From: Methanothermococcus sp. Ax23 | GTDB taxonomy: Archaea; AGJL01; Methanococci; Methanococcales; Methanococcaceae | DNA length: 64,000 bases | Direction of reading: 5' to 3' | Assembly (NCBI RefSeq): GCF_049075655.1 | Contig: NZ_CP157522.1 | Location: 512,001 to 576,000 of the forward strand | Shown: piece by piece, positions 1 through 10,622 of the stretch | Layout of the letters: every line of letters begins with the position of its first letter | How positions within the stretch are numbered: position 1 is the first letter of the stretch | Position numbers and translations under genes: made by a program | The notes under the pieces: generated by a model | Databases searched by the model: none | What the model was told of the DNA's origin: nothing | What the model saw: only the letters and a program-made list of their open reading frames with translations

Positions 1-252
1 ATAACCATAATATATAGATTTATAAATATAAATTTTAATTCTTTTAAAACAGTTGCAAATATTTGCAACTAATTGTTTTTTTAAAATAATGGTTTTTAGG
101 TGCTATATTTAATATTTAACACATATTATTAATATTCTAGACATGAAACTATTGTTAGAACTGTTTCAGATGGTAAAGTATATATACTAATAATGCAAAG
201 TGTAATTTGTGAAAAAAATTAAAAATCCAAAAAAAATTGAGGGTGAAAAAAT

Positions 253-1911
253 ATGGCAATGAGCTTAAAGAAAATCGGAGCAATGGCAATTGGAGGAGCT
301 ATGGTAGCATCCGCATTAGCAAGCGGTGCGATGGCAGCAGCTACAACATCAGGAGATGTTGCAGGATTCATGAAAAATGTAGTTAAAGACGGACAGCCAA
401 ACGTAGATATTGTAGTTGGTTCAAACGCAGCAGCAATGGACGTTGTTTCAGCAGCTGACGTTGCAGCAAAAATCGGTTCAATGTGCTACAAAACAGGAGC
501 AGTTACAGATGGAAGTGCTGATTTAAATGTTCATGTTTCATCAGATGCTAGTAAAGTAGAGTTCAACACAAGTAGTACTGGAAATATGACATATGCAGTA
601 ACTCCGGATGATGGGGATTATCCATTAACAAGCGGTGTAAATTATAGTGGTAAGACATATTACGCATCTAACGACATTACAAAAACATTATCCACATTGA
701 TGAAAATTGATGATGTAGATTTAAAAAATATTTATTCAGTAAATGATGACGATGGTATTGAATTAGGATTTTTCGCAATGAAAAATGAATCAAATGAGAT
801 TGGTGTTGATTTAGTAGGTTATGCATCAATAGTAACTGCTGATTCCTCATTAAATACAAACAATACATACTTAGCCCCTGGAGTATTGATACCATTCTTA
901 GGACAGCAATACATGTTTGTTAAAGCAGATGCAGACAATGAAGATTTAATAATCGGAAAATTAGCATATGATGGAGTATTAGGGGAAGGGGAAACCCAAG
1001 ATTTAGGAAATGGATACACGGCTAAAGTAAAGACAGTATTGGAATCCACTACAAGTGGAGCAGCTCCAAAAGTAGATGTCCAAATATTAAAAGATGGTAC
1101 TGTTGTAGCAGAGAAGTTTGATTATGCCAATGCTACAAAACCATTGGTATTAGTTAGCGGTCCTGTGGGAATAATAGTTACAAATGCATATAAAAACGTA
1201 GCAGCAACTACAGGATATGCTGATTTATATTTAGTGAAAGATGTAAAGAAATTACACTTAGGAGATAAGTACGAAGGAGATTACAAAATATATGCAGTAG
1301 TTCAAGATCCAACTAATAATCAAATAAAAATTGAAAAAACTACCGATATCACAGATAGCGGTGTGAGTATAAAAGGCGAAGGTAAAGTTAATAACAAGGT
1401 AATTTGTGGTATTGCATTAGTAGATGATACAGATCCTACAAAAGATGACAATATATTAAGCTCTAAGGGAGATGAATTCTCAGCAATAGATAATTACTTT
1501 AAATTAAAAGTAGATAAAGTTGTTGATTCTACCACTGGTACCTATAAAATATATGCTTATTCCGATGTATCAAAAGAAGCAACATTAAACATCGGTCAAA
1601 AAGAAAGTGTGTTAAATGCAGACATTACATTAAAAGGTCTCAAAGCAGATGCACAGCAAGCAGTTCCAGTAACAGCTCCAATTGCAAAATTAGACACAGA
1701 AGTTTCATTAGACAGCGGCAAAAACTTAATCTTAATTGGAGGACCTGTTGTAAACAAATTAACAAAAGAGCTCCAAGATGCTGGTAAAGTTTCAATCGAC
1801 AACACAAGCCCAGCAACATTAGCAGTTGTAGATGACAAAGTATTAGTTGTTGCAGGTGGAGACAGAGACAAAACAAGAGAAGCTGCATTAGACTTAATCA
1901 AAAACTACTAA
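253..1911 (+). CDS. S-layer protein
   Basis: Methanococcal S-layer N-terminus MAMSLKKIGAMAIGGAMVASALASG, DVVSAADVAAKIG and C-terminal LILIGGPVVNK...VAGGDR. Confidence 0.95.
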   Translation: MAMSLKKIGAMAIGGAMVASALASGAMAAATTSGDVAGFMKNVVKDGQPNVDIVVGSNAAAMDVVSAADVAAKIGSMCYKTGAVTDGSADLNVHVSSDASKVEFNTSSTGNMTYAVTPDDGDYPLTSGVNYSGKTYYASNDITKTLSTLMKIDDVDLKNIYSVNDDDGIELGFFAMKNESNEIGVDLVGYASIVTADSSLNTNNTYLAPGVLIPFLGQQYMFVKADADNEDLIIGKLAYDGVLGEGETQDLGNGYTAKVKTVLESTTSGAAPKVDVQILKDGTVVAEKFDYANATKPLVLVSGPVGIIVTNAYKNVAATTGYADLYLVKDVKKLHLGDKYEGDYKIYAVVQDPTNNQIKIEKTTDITDSGVSIKGEGKVNNKVICGIALVDDTDPTKDDNILSSKGDEFSAIDNYFKLKVDKVVDSTTGTYKIYAYSDVSKEATLNIGQKESVLNADITLKGLKADAQQAVPVTAPIAKLDTEVSLDSGKNLILIGGPVVNKLTKELQDAGKVSIDNTSPATLAVVDDKVLVVAGGDRDKTREAALDLIKNY

Positions 1912-1940
1912 ATTCTTTAACTTTTTTCTTTTTTTATTTA
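1912..1940 (+). terminator. oligo-T archaeal terminator
   Basis: T-tracts immediately after the S-layer stop codon. Confidence 0.5.
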
Positions 1941-2046
1941 ATAATATATTTATTAATTTAAATAATTAGATTAAAATTTTTAAATAATAATGCCCATAAT
2001 GAGAAGAATCTCATTAAAAGTGAAAAAAACGATATAGATAAATTAC

Positions 2047-2253
2047 TATAAACCGCCAAGAAGGTTCCAACAGCTTTTAGCTGTTGGACGAAAGGCGGTC
2101 ATTATATGAAAATAAAATATAACCAGTCCAAGTATCTATGGGTAGCGTTTGTAAATACTCTACTGTCTCAGAGTTTGGAAGTACATAAGGTAACCTTAAC
2201 CTCCTAATGAAGATAGGAGTAGTAGGCTTGGTAATTTAATAGGGTTAAAACCC
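2047..2253 (+). mobile_element. degenerate, truncated IS200/IS605-type mini-element (copy A)
   Basis: TTAC|tataaaccgcc left end, hairpin ccaacagc-tttta-gctgttgg, shared core accagtccaagtatctatgggtag; right end missing, abuts tRNA 3' end. Confidence 0.7.
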
Positions 2254-2254
2254 A

Positions 2255-2330
2255 TAGCGGGGCGAAGATTTGAACTTCGGATCTCCGGGTTATGAGCCCG
2301 GCGGGATGGGCCTGGCTACCCTACCCCGCT
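2255..2330 (-). tRNA. initiator tRNA-Met (CAT)
   Basis: AGCGGGGTAGGGTAGCCAGG...GGGCT CAT AACCC...GTTCAAATC; A1-U72 and three G-C pairs in the anticodon stem. Confidence 0.95.
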
Positions 2331-2417
2331 TCTTTTAACTTACTCGCAAAATAAAGAAGTAATATGTAATATATAAAGTTTATTGTTATGTGGTATAATT
2401 AAGCACAACCGTATCTA

Positions 2418-2603
2418 TTATTTAAAAAACATCATACCAACATAAATCGCCAATATTATCAGCATCATAAGAAAAAACATCTGCTGACTTCTAACCATTT
2501 TTTTTCTCTTTTTTAAATATTCTTCTTTGCATTTCTCAGAGCAGAACACTTCCTCAGGCGGAATAGATATTCCACAATTTAAACAATGTTTATGTTTTTC
2601 CAT
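2418..2603 (-). CDS. DUF2116-like Zn-ribbon membrane protein
   Basis: HKHCLNCG...FCSEKC followed by a C-terminal TM helix. Confidence 0.8.
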   Translation of the reverse strand: MEKHKHCLNCGISIPPEEVFCSEKCKEEYLKKRKKMVRSQQMFFLMMLIILAIYVGMMFFK

Positions 2604-2625
2604 AAAATGTCACCAAAATTACTTA

Positions 2626-3309
2626 TTACTCATCTGGAACTATTACAGTTCCATGATGCTCACCAGTTATGGCATTTAATATTTCACCCGGAGCTCCTTC
2701 AATTACCACAGTTTTTAATTTTGCCCTATCTATAATCTTAGATGCAAGTGGGTCGATTATGGACGAAGAGCCTGCGGCTATTGATGCAGAACCTGTAATA
2801 TTTAGGAGCTCTTTTGTTGTTATTTTTGTTAGTTTTTTTGCATCTTCATATTTTCTCGGGTCTTTATCATAGACTCCATCAACATTTGTAGCTATAACCA
2901 ATAAATCTGCGTTAATATACTCTGCCAGTGAAGCCGCTACTGCATCTGTTGTATGTGCAGGATGAGTCCCACCCATTACAACGATTTTATTTAGATTTAA
3001 AATCAATTCTGCTTCTTTAAAGTTTTCTGGAACCTTTTTTATAACATAATTTCCAAGAGCAGACATCAAAAGCATGCTGTTCATTCTTGTGGCTAGTATT
3101 CCTATTTCATCACAAAAAGCCTCATTTGTAAATTCTCTGGCAACAGAAATGTAGTTTCTCGCAGTATTTCCGCCGCCTACTACTATGCTCAATTCATTGC
3201 CCATGTCTTTTATTTTTTTAAATACCTCAGCATATTCTTTTAACTTATCTACCGACGCTCCTTCTTTTGGCATTACAACCGAACCGCCCAATGCAAAAAC
3301 TATCCTCAT
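2626..3309 (-). CDS. pyrH: UMP kinase
   Basis: LGGSV, VVGGG, GGTHPAHTTDAVAA, TNVDGVYDKDP motifs. Confidence 0.95.
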   Translation of the reverse strand: MRIVFALGGSVVMPKEGASVDKLKEYAEVFKKIKDMGNELSIVVGGGNTARNYISVAREFTNEAFCDEIGILATRMNSMLLMSALGNYVIKKVPENFKEAELILNLNKIVVMGGTHPAHTTDAVAASLAEYINADLLVIATNVDGVYDKDPRKYEDAKKLTKITTKELLNITGSASIAAGSSSIIDPLASKIIDRAKLKTVVIEGAPGEILNAITGEHHGTVIVPDE

Positions 3310-3480
3310 ATTAAGACCTCTATATTAATTTGTAAATAAATATAAAAGTTAAAATTAATTTCTAAAAATTTTATAAACTAATATTATATAAATTATACAC
3401 TCATAACATAAAAATAAGTATCAAATTCTGGAAAAATAATAAAAATAGAAATAAAAATTAATTAGATAGATGCAAAGTAA

Positions 3481-3684
3481 TTACATTTTTAATGCCATTT
3501 TTACATCTTCAGCTTTTACTGTTTTTCTACCAGCATGTTTTGCTAATTCTGCGGATTCTTTTGCAATATCCATTGCAATGTCTTCTAATGCTTCAACTAA
3601 TACCTTAGCTGCTTCTTCACTTACTCTTTCAGCACCTGCTTTTTTTAATATTCTTACTACTGGTGCAACTGGAAGTTCTGCCAT
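3481..3684 (-). CDS. archaeal histone
   Basis: [20 protein letters not shown]...[11 protein letters not shown] histone fold. Confidence 0.95.
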   Translation of the reverse strand: MAELPVAPVVRILKKAGAERVSEEAAKVLVEALEDIAMDIAKESAELAKHAGRKTVKAEDVKMALKM

Positions 3685-3728
3685 CATATCACCTCAGGGT
3701 TTTGTATTTTTAAATTTAGAAAAAGATA

Positions 3729-3744
3729 TATATAAATCTTTCGG
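3729..3744 (-). promoter_or_regulatory. BRE/TATA promoter of histone gene
   Basis: CCGAAAGATTTATATA on the minus strand. Confidence 0.7.
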
Positions 3745-3859
3745 AAATAATCCATATTTAATCCTACATTCATCATATATGAACTACCCATTATTTGATT
3801 ACATATATTCAAGCACTGAGTCAATTAATTAATCAATAACATAATAATAACACGTCCCC

Positions 3860-4234
3860 CTGACCTACTCCAACGAGTGAACTCGTTGGGTTCTCGCTTA
3901 CGGTAGTAAGCGAGCAACGAAATCATGAAGTGATTTCGTCTAATTTTAGTAGGGTTTAACCCTACACGGGTGGCCAAGCCCACTACCCCTATCCCCGTTT
4001 AGGAGATTCAGGGCTACCTTTTGAATTTCCAACCACTACCAGCGGTAGAGTTTTCACTAACCCTACCCATAGATACTTGGACTGGTAGCGTTACTTACTA
4101 CTAATCTTCACATATTTATATTTTACTACTTACTAGCCGATATAATGTCCGCCTCTCATCCAATCTCATAAGAGATTTTACAAAACTATGTTTTGTATAA
4201 CGATTAAAATCGTTGGCTTTCCCGGCGGTTTATC
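3860..4234 (-). mobile_element. non-autonomous IS200/IS605-type mini-element (copy B, 375 bp)
   Basis: Near-identical to 12127-12498 and 45341-45665; TTAC left flank, subterminal hairpins, GGTCAG right end, no transposase or TnpB ORF. Confidence 0.85.
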
Positions 4235-4305
4235 GTAAAGTCATGGATATATTTTTATAAATTCATGTCGGTATAATAAATAGAGCATAATATTGTGGTG
4301 ATACT

Positions 4306-4869
4306 ATTAACATTAACAAAAAATTCAATAAAAAGGAGATAATTGAGTGGGCAGTTTTTTTAATTGTGCTCTTAATAGTTTGGACCCATGTAAATGTTGT
4401 TGTGTCCAACAGCATGTATCCTGTGATGGAGAGGGGAGATTTTGTAATCGTAGAAAATGCAAATTGGGAATTCAACCCAAACGATGTTCAGGTTGGAGAT
4501 ATTGTTGTATATAAAGCGCACTGGCCAAACTATAGGGAAAATAATATGGAATATATGACCAAAATAGACAATAAAACATTAATTGCATTTAACGGAAATA
4601 AGGTTAAACCAGTAATACATAGAGTTATTGAAAAAATAGAACTTAATGGTAATATTTATATTATAACAAAAGGGGACAATAACCCCACTTATGACCCGGA
4701 GCTCATATCCATAAACCAGATAAAACAGAGAGTTGTGTCGATAAATGGAAAACCGCTGGTAATTCCGCATATTGGATATATCTCAATATTACTAAAAGAA
4801 TACATATGGTTGGTAATATTGATAATTATAGTATGGTATGCCTACGATTATTTAAAAAAGAAAAAATAA
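4306..4869 (+). CDS. signal peptidase I (Sec11/S26); probable ATT start
   Basis: VVSNSMYP catalytic Ser, VIHRV, TKGDNN; frame is open upstream to GGTGAT-ACT-ATT. Confidence 0.9.
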   Translation: MNINKKFNKKEIIEWAVFLIVLLIVWTHVNVVVSNSMYPVMERGDFVIVENANWEFNPNDVQVGDIVVYKAHWPNYRENNMEYMTKIDNKTLIAFNGNKVKPVIHRVIEKIELNGNIYIITKGDNNPTYDPELISINQIKQRVVSINGKPLVIPHIGYISILLKEYIWLVILIIIVWYAYDYLKKKK

Positions 4870-4919
4870 GTAGAGAAAACAACATTAGGAATAATAAAAA
4901 GAAAATAAAAAGAAAAAAT

Positions 4920-6098
4920 TTAAATAATCTCTTTAAAGTATTTTAACAATGAAGGTGCTTTTCTTACTGCCTTAAATGCTATCTTTTTTACATCTACTTC
5001 TTCTAACTTTTCATCCATTGCATCAGCAAGTGCATTTAATTCCTTTTCAGTTAATTTTTGAAGAACATTTTTATATTTGAGCTCCGCCATTAAGATATCA
5101 TAATATTTTTCCTTCCATTTATTTTCGTATTCAATTAATGCGTCTTTGGAATAATTATTATTTTTAATACTTTTTGCCGCCACTTCACCAGCCATGGAAC
5201 CACAACTCATGGATAAATAGATTCCTCCACCAGACAATGGACTTATCTGTCCTGCGGCATCTCCAACAACCATAATATTATCATCCACAGTTTTTTCTAT
5301 TGGTCCTCCAACAGGAGCTCCCCCACATTTAAATTCGATTGGAGTAGCATCTTTTAATCTTCCTTCCAATATAGGATGCTCTATAAATTCATTCAAATAA
5401 TCTATTGCCTTTTTATTCTTGTCGATAACACCTAAACCAACATTTGCAGTATCTCCCTTAGGGAATATCCAAGCATACCCTTTTGGACATATCTCTCCAA
5501 AATAGAATTCCATCATTTCATTATCTAGCAATTTAACATTTGTCATTTCATATTCTGCACAGGAACATACCTGAGTTGGAATCTTTTTGGACTTTAAACC
5601 TGCCATTTCAGCAACAGAACTTTCAACCCCATCTGCTGCTATAACAATTTTTGCTTTTACAGTATATTCCTCTCCAAGATGATTGACCATTACGTCATAT
5701 CCATCGCCGTTATGTTCCAAGCCCACAACTCTACTTTTAACTGCCACCTTTGTTCCCGCTCTTGCACTCCTTATGGCGAGATATTTGTCAAATATCTTTC
5801 TTTCCACAATATATCCGTCCGTTTTTCCTCCTTTAACCTCTATTTTTTTACCATTTGGAGCTATTAAATATCCTCCTTTTATGTAGTTTCTCACAAACTG
5901 CGGGTCCGGCGATATTCCAAAATCTTCCAACCTCGGAACTGCCTCTGCACACCTTACGGGCTCACCAATTTCCTGAGATTTTTCAATTAAAAGTGTTTTT
6001 GCTCCATTTTTAGATGCATAATATGAAGCCATACTTCCTCCGGGTCCTGCACCAACCACAACCACATCATACTCAGCATTATTTATTAACTCTCTCAT
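4920..6098 (-). CDS. digeranylgeranylglycerophospholipid / geranylgeranyl reductase
   Basis: GAGPGG FAD motif, [24 protein letters not shown]. Confidence 0.9.
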   Translation of the reverse strand: MRELINNAEYDVVVVGAGPGGSMASYYASKNGAKTLLIEKSQEIGEPVRCAEAVPRLEDFGISPDPQFVRNYIKGGYLIAPNGKKIEVKGGKTDGYIVERKIFDKYLAIRSARAGTKVAVKSRVVGLEHNGDGYDVMVNHLGEEYTVKAKIVIAADGVESSVAEMAGLKSKKIPTQVCSCAEYEMTNVKLLDNEMMEFYFGEICPKGYAWIFPKGDTANVGLGVIDKNKKAIDYLNEFIEHPILEGRLKDATPIEFKCGGAPVGGPIEKTVDDNIMVVGDAAGQISPLSGGGIYLSMSCGSMAGEVAAKSIKNNNYSKDALIEYENKWKEKYYDILMAELKYKNVLQKLTEKELNALADAMDEKLEEVDVKKIAFKAVRKAPSLLKYFKEII

Positions 6099-6099
6099 A

Positions 6100-6264
6100 T
6101 TATTCCTCCAATGCATTTAATGGACATACTATCATGCACGATTTGCAGCTATTACATTTTTCAGCATCTATAACAATTGTATTTTCTATCAACTCTATTG
6201 CGAGCTTATTGCACACTCCTACACAGGCTCCACAATATCCACATTTTTCATGATTCACTTTCAT
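6100..6264 (-). CDS. 2[4Fe-4S] ferredoxin
   Basis: [11 protein letters not shown] and [12 protein letters not shown]. Confidence 0.9.
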   Translation of the reverse strand: MKVNHEKCGYCGACVGVCNKLAIELIENTIVIDAEKCNSCKSCMIVCPLNALEE

Positions 6265-6404
6265 AACTATCACTTTGATAATTAAATACACATATAAAAA
6301 TAGCTATTATTTCTTGTATTAAATTATATTTATAGATATTTAACATAATTTTTTATTATGTTATGATATTATATATTATTTAAAAAAGATATATCCTATT
6401 TTTA

Positions 6405-7064
6405 TTAAAATTCTATATTCTGGTTATTTGCCAATCGCGGAACCATAGCCATTAACACTGCATTTTCACATAAATCCATTCGGTTAATACCGCCATTGGT
6501 TAAATATCCAATTATTCCTTCTTTCTTTCCTATATTTTTTACATTATATATTTTTTCAGCCACAACCCCACATTCCTCTCCATGTTTCATTTCTTTAACG
6601 AGCTCCGCTGGCACTTGAAATCCCTGCGAAGTTCCAATGGTATAATTCAATCCATCAAAAATGGCACAAACATGAACATCTAAATATTTTCCACCGATTT
6701 CAACAAGACCTGCCTCTATACCAATTCCATACAGTGAAGGTTTAGCCTCAAATGCATATTTTGCCCTATTTATGGCTCCTTTGGCTGTCTCATCAAATCC
6801 TATTGGCTGTTTTGATACTCCACTATCGGCATCAACCCCCACCACAAGAACACTTCCTATTGTTTTTTCCATTGCCAACTCAACAGCCTTAACTTTAACA
6901 GGATTTTCACTTCCAACAGAAACCACTCTTAATTTATGCCCTGCTGGACCTCCTCTTAATAATTTTGCCTTCTCAACACATTCTTCACTACCACACACAA
7001 AACTTCCAAAAAGGTAGGTTATTGCAGGAGCTCCGCATATATCACATTTTTTATTTTCAAACAT
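6405..7064 (-). CDS. inosine/xanthosine triphosphatase (YjjX family) with N-terminal Cys-rich module
   Basis: VGSENPVKVKAV, SGVSKQP, GAINRA, GIEAGL. Confidence 0.85.
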   Translation of the reverse strand: MFENKKCDICGAPAITYLFGSFVCGSEECVEKAKLLRGGPAGHKLRVVSVGSENPVKVKAVELAMEKTIGSVLVVGVDADSGVSKQPIGFDETAKGAINRAKYAFEAKPSLYGIGIEAGLVEIGGKYLDVHVCAIFDGLNYTIGTSQGFQVPAELVKEMKHGEECGVVAEKIYNVKNIGKKEGIIGYLTNGGINRMDLCENAVLMAMVPRLANNQNIEF

Positions 7065-7119
7065 CTTTACCACTTATTTAATTTATTATTATCATTAAGT
7101 TATTATTTATTTTATTAAT

Positions 7120-7827
7120 TTATTTGTTATCCACTACTACTTCCACACCATATCTTATTACATTGTTTTTTCTTAAATATGTCCTATATTCTGCAATTTT
7201 ATAGGGCATCTCCATTATATTTTTTGAATAATTAGAATCCATTGTAAGAGTATTTAAAAAACTTCTTAAATCATTTGGCGATTTTATATCGTATATATTC
7301 TCTGCACCGCTTGAAATTACAACGGGAGTATCGTATTTTTTTGCGAGAAATAGGTTTCTTCTAAATGCCCATAAAATTCTTGCCCTCTCGTAATATTTCT
7401 TTTCCAATAAACTCTTAAAATTCAGTTCAATTGCTACCCTGTGGGAGCTCCCCAATCTTGCAAGCACATGGTCAATACCATTGTCTCTTCTGTTTAGTTC
7501 TGGCGTGGATAAAATATCCACATCGTGCATTTCTAATGCCTTTCTACTAATTTTTATAACTCCACCTTCCACAAGTATAATATCCACTTTATTCCTATAC
7601 TTTTTAACAACCTTTGATAACTCCTTTGAAGATTTTGATGGTATTTTTATTCCAGAATATATTCTTAAACCGTGTTTTTCACCATACTCCTTAACACATT
7701 CTAATTTTTCATTGTCATATCCATCATGATGCTGAACAGCAACTGAACCATACCATCCCAACTCTTTAAGTAGTTTAATGCCTTCTTCATCAAATATGTG
7801 ATTGATATCTACGGGTTTAGTTATCAT
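7120..7827 (-). CDS. rnp3: RNase P protein component 3 (Rpp30)
   Basis: GIDHVLAR, VAIELNF, PVVISSGA..SPNDL. Confidence 0.85.
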   Translation of the reverse strand: MITKPVDINHIFDEEGIKLLKELGWYGSVAVQHHDGYDNEKLECVKEYGEKHGLRIYSGIKIPSKSSKELSKVVKKYRNKVDIILVEGGVIKISRKALEMHDVDILSTPELNRRDNGIDHVLARLGSSHRVAIELNFKSLLEKKYYERARILWAFRRNLFLAKKYDTPVVISSGAENIYDIKSPNDLRSFLNTLTMDSNYSKNIMEMPYKIAEYRTYLRKNNVIRYGVEVVVDNK

Positions 7828-8005
7828 AATATCCTCTTCAAAACTGATGGAAAAATAAAATATAAAATAAATGAAAATAAAAAAGGAAGGATAATTTAAT
7901 ATATATTATATGTTTAAAAGCCATTAAAGCCATTTAAAATAAATATTCATGATTTATATAGTCTCCGAAATTCTAGATGTCGTATGCCCACCTATAAATC
8001 TGATA

Positions 8006-8305
8006 TTAATACTTCATCCTATCTTGGGGAGTTCTCACTTCCTCAATTATTCTTTTTCCTGCGGCAACTTCATCTATACTATGTATTACACCGTTCATTG
8101 ATTCTATTATTTCTTTTATTGGCTCATACTGTAAATCCATCCCTTCAATGGTAATTTTAATATTTTCTGTGGATTTATCTATTTCATAAACGGTAATATT
8201 TACACCATCTACTTCATTTAATGCACACAATTTTACCGCTAAATCCGTTAATTTGGGCTCATGTGTTTTTAAAACGTCCAACACTATTCTTCTTAGTCCC
8301 GGCAA
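8006..8305 (-). CDS. DUF211 family protein
   Basis: RRIVLDVLK.HEP, IHSIDEVAAG. Confidence 0.85.
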   Translation of the reverse strand: MPGLRRIVLDVLKTHEPKLTDLAVKLCALNEVDGVNITVYEIDKSTENIKITIEGMDLQYEPIKEIIESMNGVIHSIDEVAAGKRIIEEVRTPQDRMKY

Positions 8306-8454
8306 TTTCTACTCCTCCAATTCAGTTATATATTATTTATTAATAAAGTATTTAATTTGATATATATAGTTAATGCAAACTATAAATTAATTTTTAAACA
8401 TCGATTGGTAAGTAATAATTATACCTTAAAAAGGGAATGGAGAATTATTTGTTA

Positions 8455-9408
8455 TTAATCTCCTTTTAACATTCCAATTTTAGCAAGTAATGCACTGAGC
8501 TGTATTCTTTCATTTGCCCCTTCCACTATTCTAAAATCACATTCTCCAATTGCTTCAACGAGAGATACCTTTTTTCTTTCTTCAATATCTAAATTAGGAA
8601 TCTCCCTAAACATCTGTAATAGTATGTCTTCTCCACTCATTCCCCAATCAATCATTAAGTTATATAGGAGCTCTCTTGCTTCAATGAATTTGTTGTTTAG
8701 TGCGAGCTCTACCATTTTTATAATCTCATCTGGTCGTGCCTTTGATGATACTTTATAAACTACTTCATCATCGATATTTTTTGAAACTGTTGCAGCGGTT
8801 TGCAATACGTTTATAGCCTTTCTTAAATCCCCTTCTGATACATAGATTATTGCATCAATACCGCTATCATCAATGGTAATATTTTCATTTTCTGCAATTT
8901 CTTTAAGTTTTTTTATAATATCTTCCCGTTTCAGTGGTGAAAACCTAAATATAGCACATCTTGATTGTATCGGAGGAATAATACGGCTTGGAAAGTTGCA
9001 ACTAAGGATAAATCGGCATATATCGGAGTATTTCTCCATAGTTCGCCTTAATGCGTTTTGAGCATCGCTTGTAAGGGCATCGCTTTCATCCAAAAATATT
9101 ATCTTAAATGGTGCATCCCCAATTGGCTTTGTTCGTGCAAAATCCTTTACCTTTGTTCTTATTACATCAATACCTCTTTCATCCGAACTGTTTAATTCTA
9201 AAATATTGTCTCTCCAATTTTCACCAAATAAATCCCTTGCAAGACATAATGCCGCAGTCGTCTTTCCAACGCCGGGCGGACCGCTAAATAGCATATGCGG
9301 CATGGATTTCTTTTTTACATAGTTTTTAAGCCTTTTTATAATTTCATCATGCCCTGTAATTTCATCCAATGTTTTTGGACGGTATTTTTCTACCCATGGT
9401 TTTTCCAT
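8455..9408 (-). CDS. rfcS: replication factor C small subunit (intein-free)
   Basis: PWVEKYRP, GPPGVGKT, ELNSSDERG, LDESD, SRC. Confidence 0.97.
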   Translation of the reverse strand: MEKPWVEKYRPKTLDEITGHDEIIKRLKNYVKKKSMPHMLFSGPPGVGKTTAALCLARDLFGENWRDNILELNSSDERGIDVIRTKVKDFARTKPIGDAPFKIIFLDESDALTSDAQNALRRTMEKYSDICRFILSCNFPSRIIPPIQSRCAIFRFSPLKREDIIKKLKEIAENENITIDDSGIDAIIYVSEGDLRKAINVLQTAATVSKNIDDEVVYKVSSKARPDEIIKMVELALNNKFIEARELLYNLMIDWGMSGEDILLQMFREIPNLDIEERKKVSLVEAIGECDFRIVEGANERIQLSALLAKIGMLKGD

Positions 9409-9452
9409 ATTTTCACCAAATGGTTATTATAGATTATAATATTATTTTACCA

Positions 9453-10553
9453 TTATTGGAATGCATACTTTAAAACTTCACCAAATCTTGATTTTACAAC
9501 AGTTCTTTTTCCCAAAACTTTTGCATGAGCATCCAATTCAATAATGCCATAGTCATAAACTTCCTTTATTGGATGATATAATCTTGGACCGTCGCTTATG
9601 CCAATAGTTATTACATCTTTATTTATTTCTTTCAACTCTTCGATAGGAAGTGCATGGGGAACTCCTGAAACTACAACAATATCGGGATTGATTTCCTTCA
9701 AAATATCGACAGCTTTTCTCCCAGTAACTGGATATTCATCCAATCCACCAGTGATGTAATCAATTGTTATATTATTTTTTGAATATTCATTTAATATATT
9801 TTCTGCATCTTTTCTAATTTTTTCAAATCCTATGTTTTTATCTAAATTTGCTATATTTATAACATCATTTTTATTATTATGTTTATTAATCTCAATTAAT
9901 GGGTGAGCAAATAAGTATGCAGTTTCTTTTTTTGCATTTAAAACGCAGGCGATTTTTAAATCTTTATCCGCAGTTATTAAATTTATTACCTCATCTAAAT
10001 CATCTTCGTAGGTTGGTTTTAGATATCTACTTTTAGCCATACCTCTGGTTTTTTCAACCTCGGTGGCTTTTACAAGCATTTCTTTCTGCCTATTAAATTC
10101 TTTTTCATCAATTATCCCTAAACTTAAACAGCTCTCCATGGTTTTAATAGCTCCAATGGTGTTGTCATTCATTCCGCTATGAACTTCAACTGGAATAATC
10201 ACAACATCCTCATGACTCTCATAATCATCAACTGGGGCGTATAAATCTTCCCCAATTATCATACTCGGGCACGTCCCAACAATACCTATAACATATTTAT
10301 TTTTTTCCGCCTTGTTTTTCTTTAAATAATCTATTACCTCCTTTATTGCATTGCTTAATTTTTCCTGAGCTCCGAATATAAAATCATTCTCATCCATTGC
10401 TGTAGTAAAAACTCTTACTCCGTCTAGTTCTAAAAGTCTTGCAGTTCTAAAACAACAACCGCTTGGTCCGTGCATGATTATAGCATCAACGCCTATATCT
10501 CTTAATTGATACATAGATGCTGCTATTGGTGATGGTCTTGGGTGCATTATCAT
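9453..10553 (-). CDS. cfbD: Ni-sirohydrochlorin a,c-diamide reductive cyclase subunit (coenzyme F430 synthesis)
   Basis: HPRPSPIAASMYQLRD, HGPSGCCF, GTCPSMIIGED; NifD-like. Confidence 0.9.
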   Translation of the reverse strand: MIMHPRPSPIAASMYQLRDIGVDAIIMHGPSGCCFRTARLLELDGVRVFTTAMDENDFIFGAQEKLSNAIKEVIDYLKKNKAEKNKYVIGIVGTCPSMIIGEDLYAPVDDYESHEDVVIIPVEVHSGMNDNTIGAIKTMESCLSLGIIDEKEFNRQKEMLVKATEVEKTRGMAKSRYLKPTYEDDLDEVINLITADKDLKIACVLNAKKETAYLFAHPLIEINKHNNKNDVINIANLDKNIGFEKIRKDAENILNEYSKNNITIDYITGGLDEYPVTGRKAVDILKEINPDIVVVSGVPHALPIEELKEINKDVITIGISDGPRLYHPIKEVYDYGIIELDAHAKVLGKRTVVKSRFGEVLKYAFQ

Positions 10554-10622
10554 TTTATCATCCTTTTAATCTTTCTTAGAAATAACTAAAATAAAAATAA
10601 AATAAATAATGATTAAATCACA

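Noticed and set aside
8455-9408. Possible inteins in RfcS, as in M. jannaschii
   Set aside because: The protein has normal length (317 aa) with contiguous motifs
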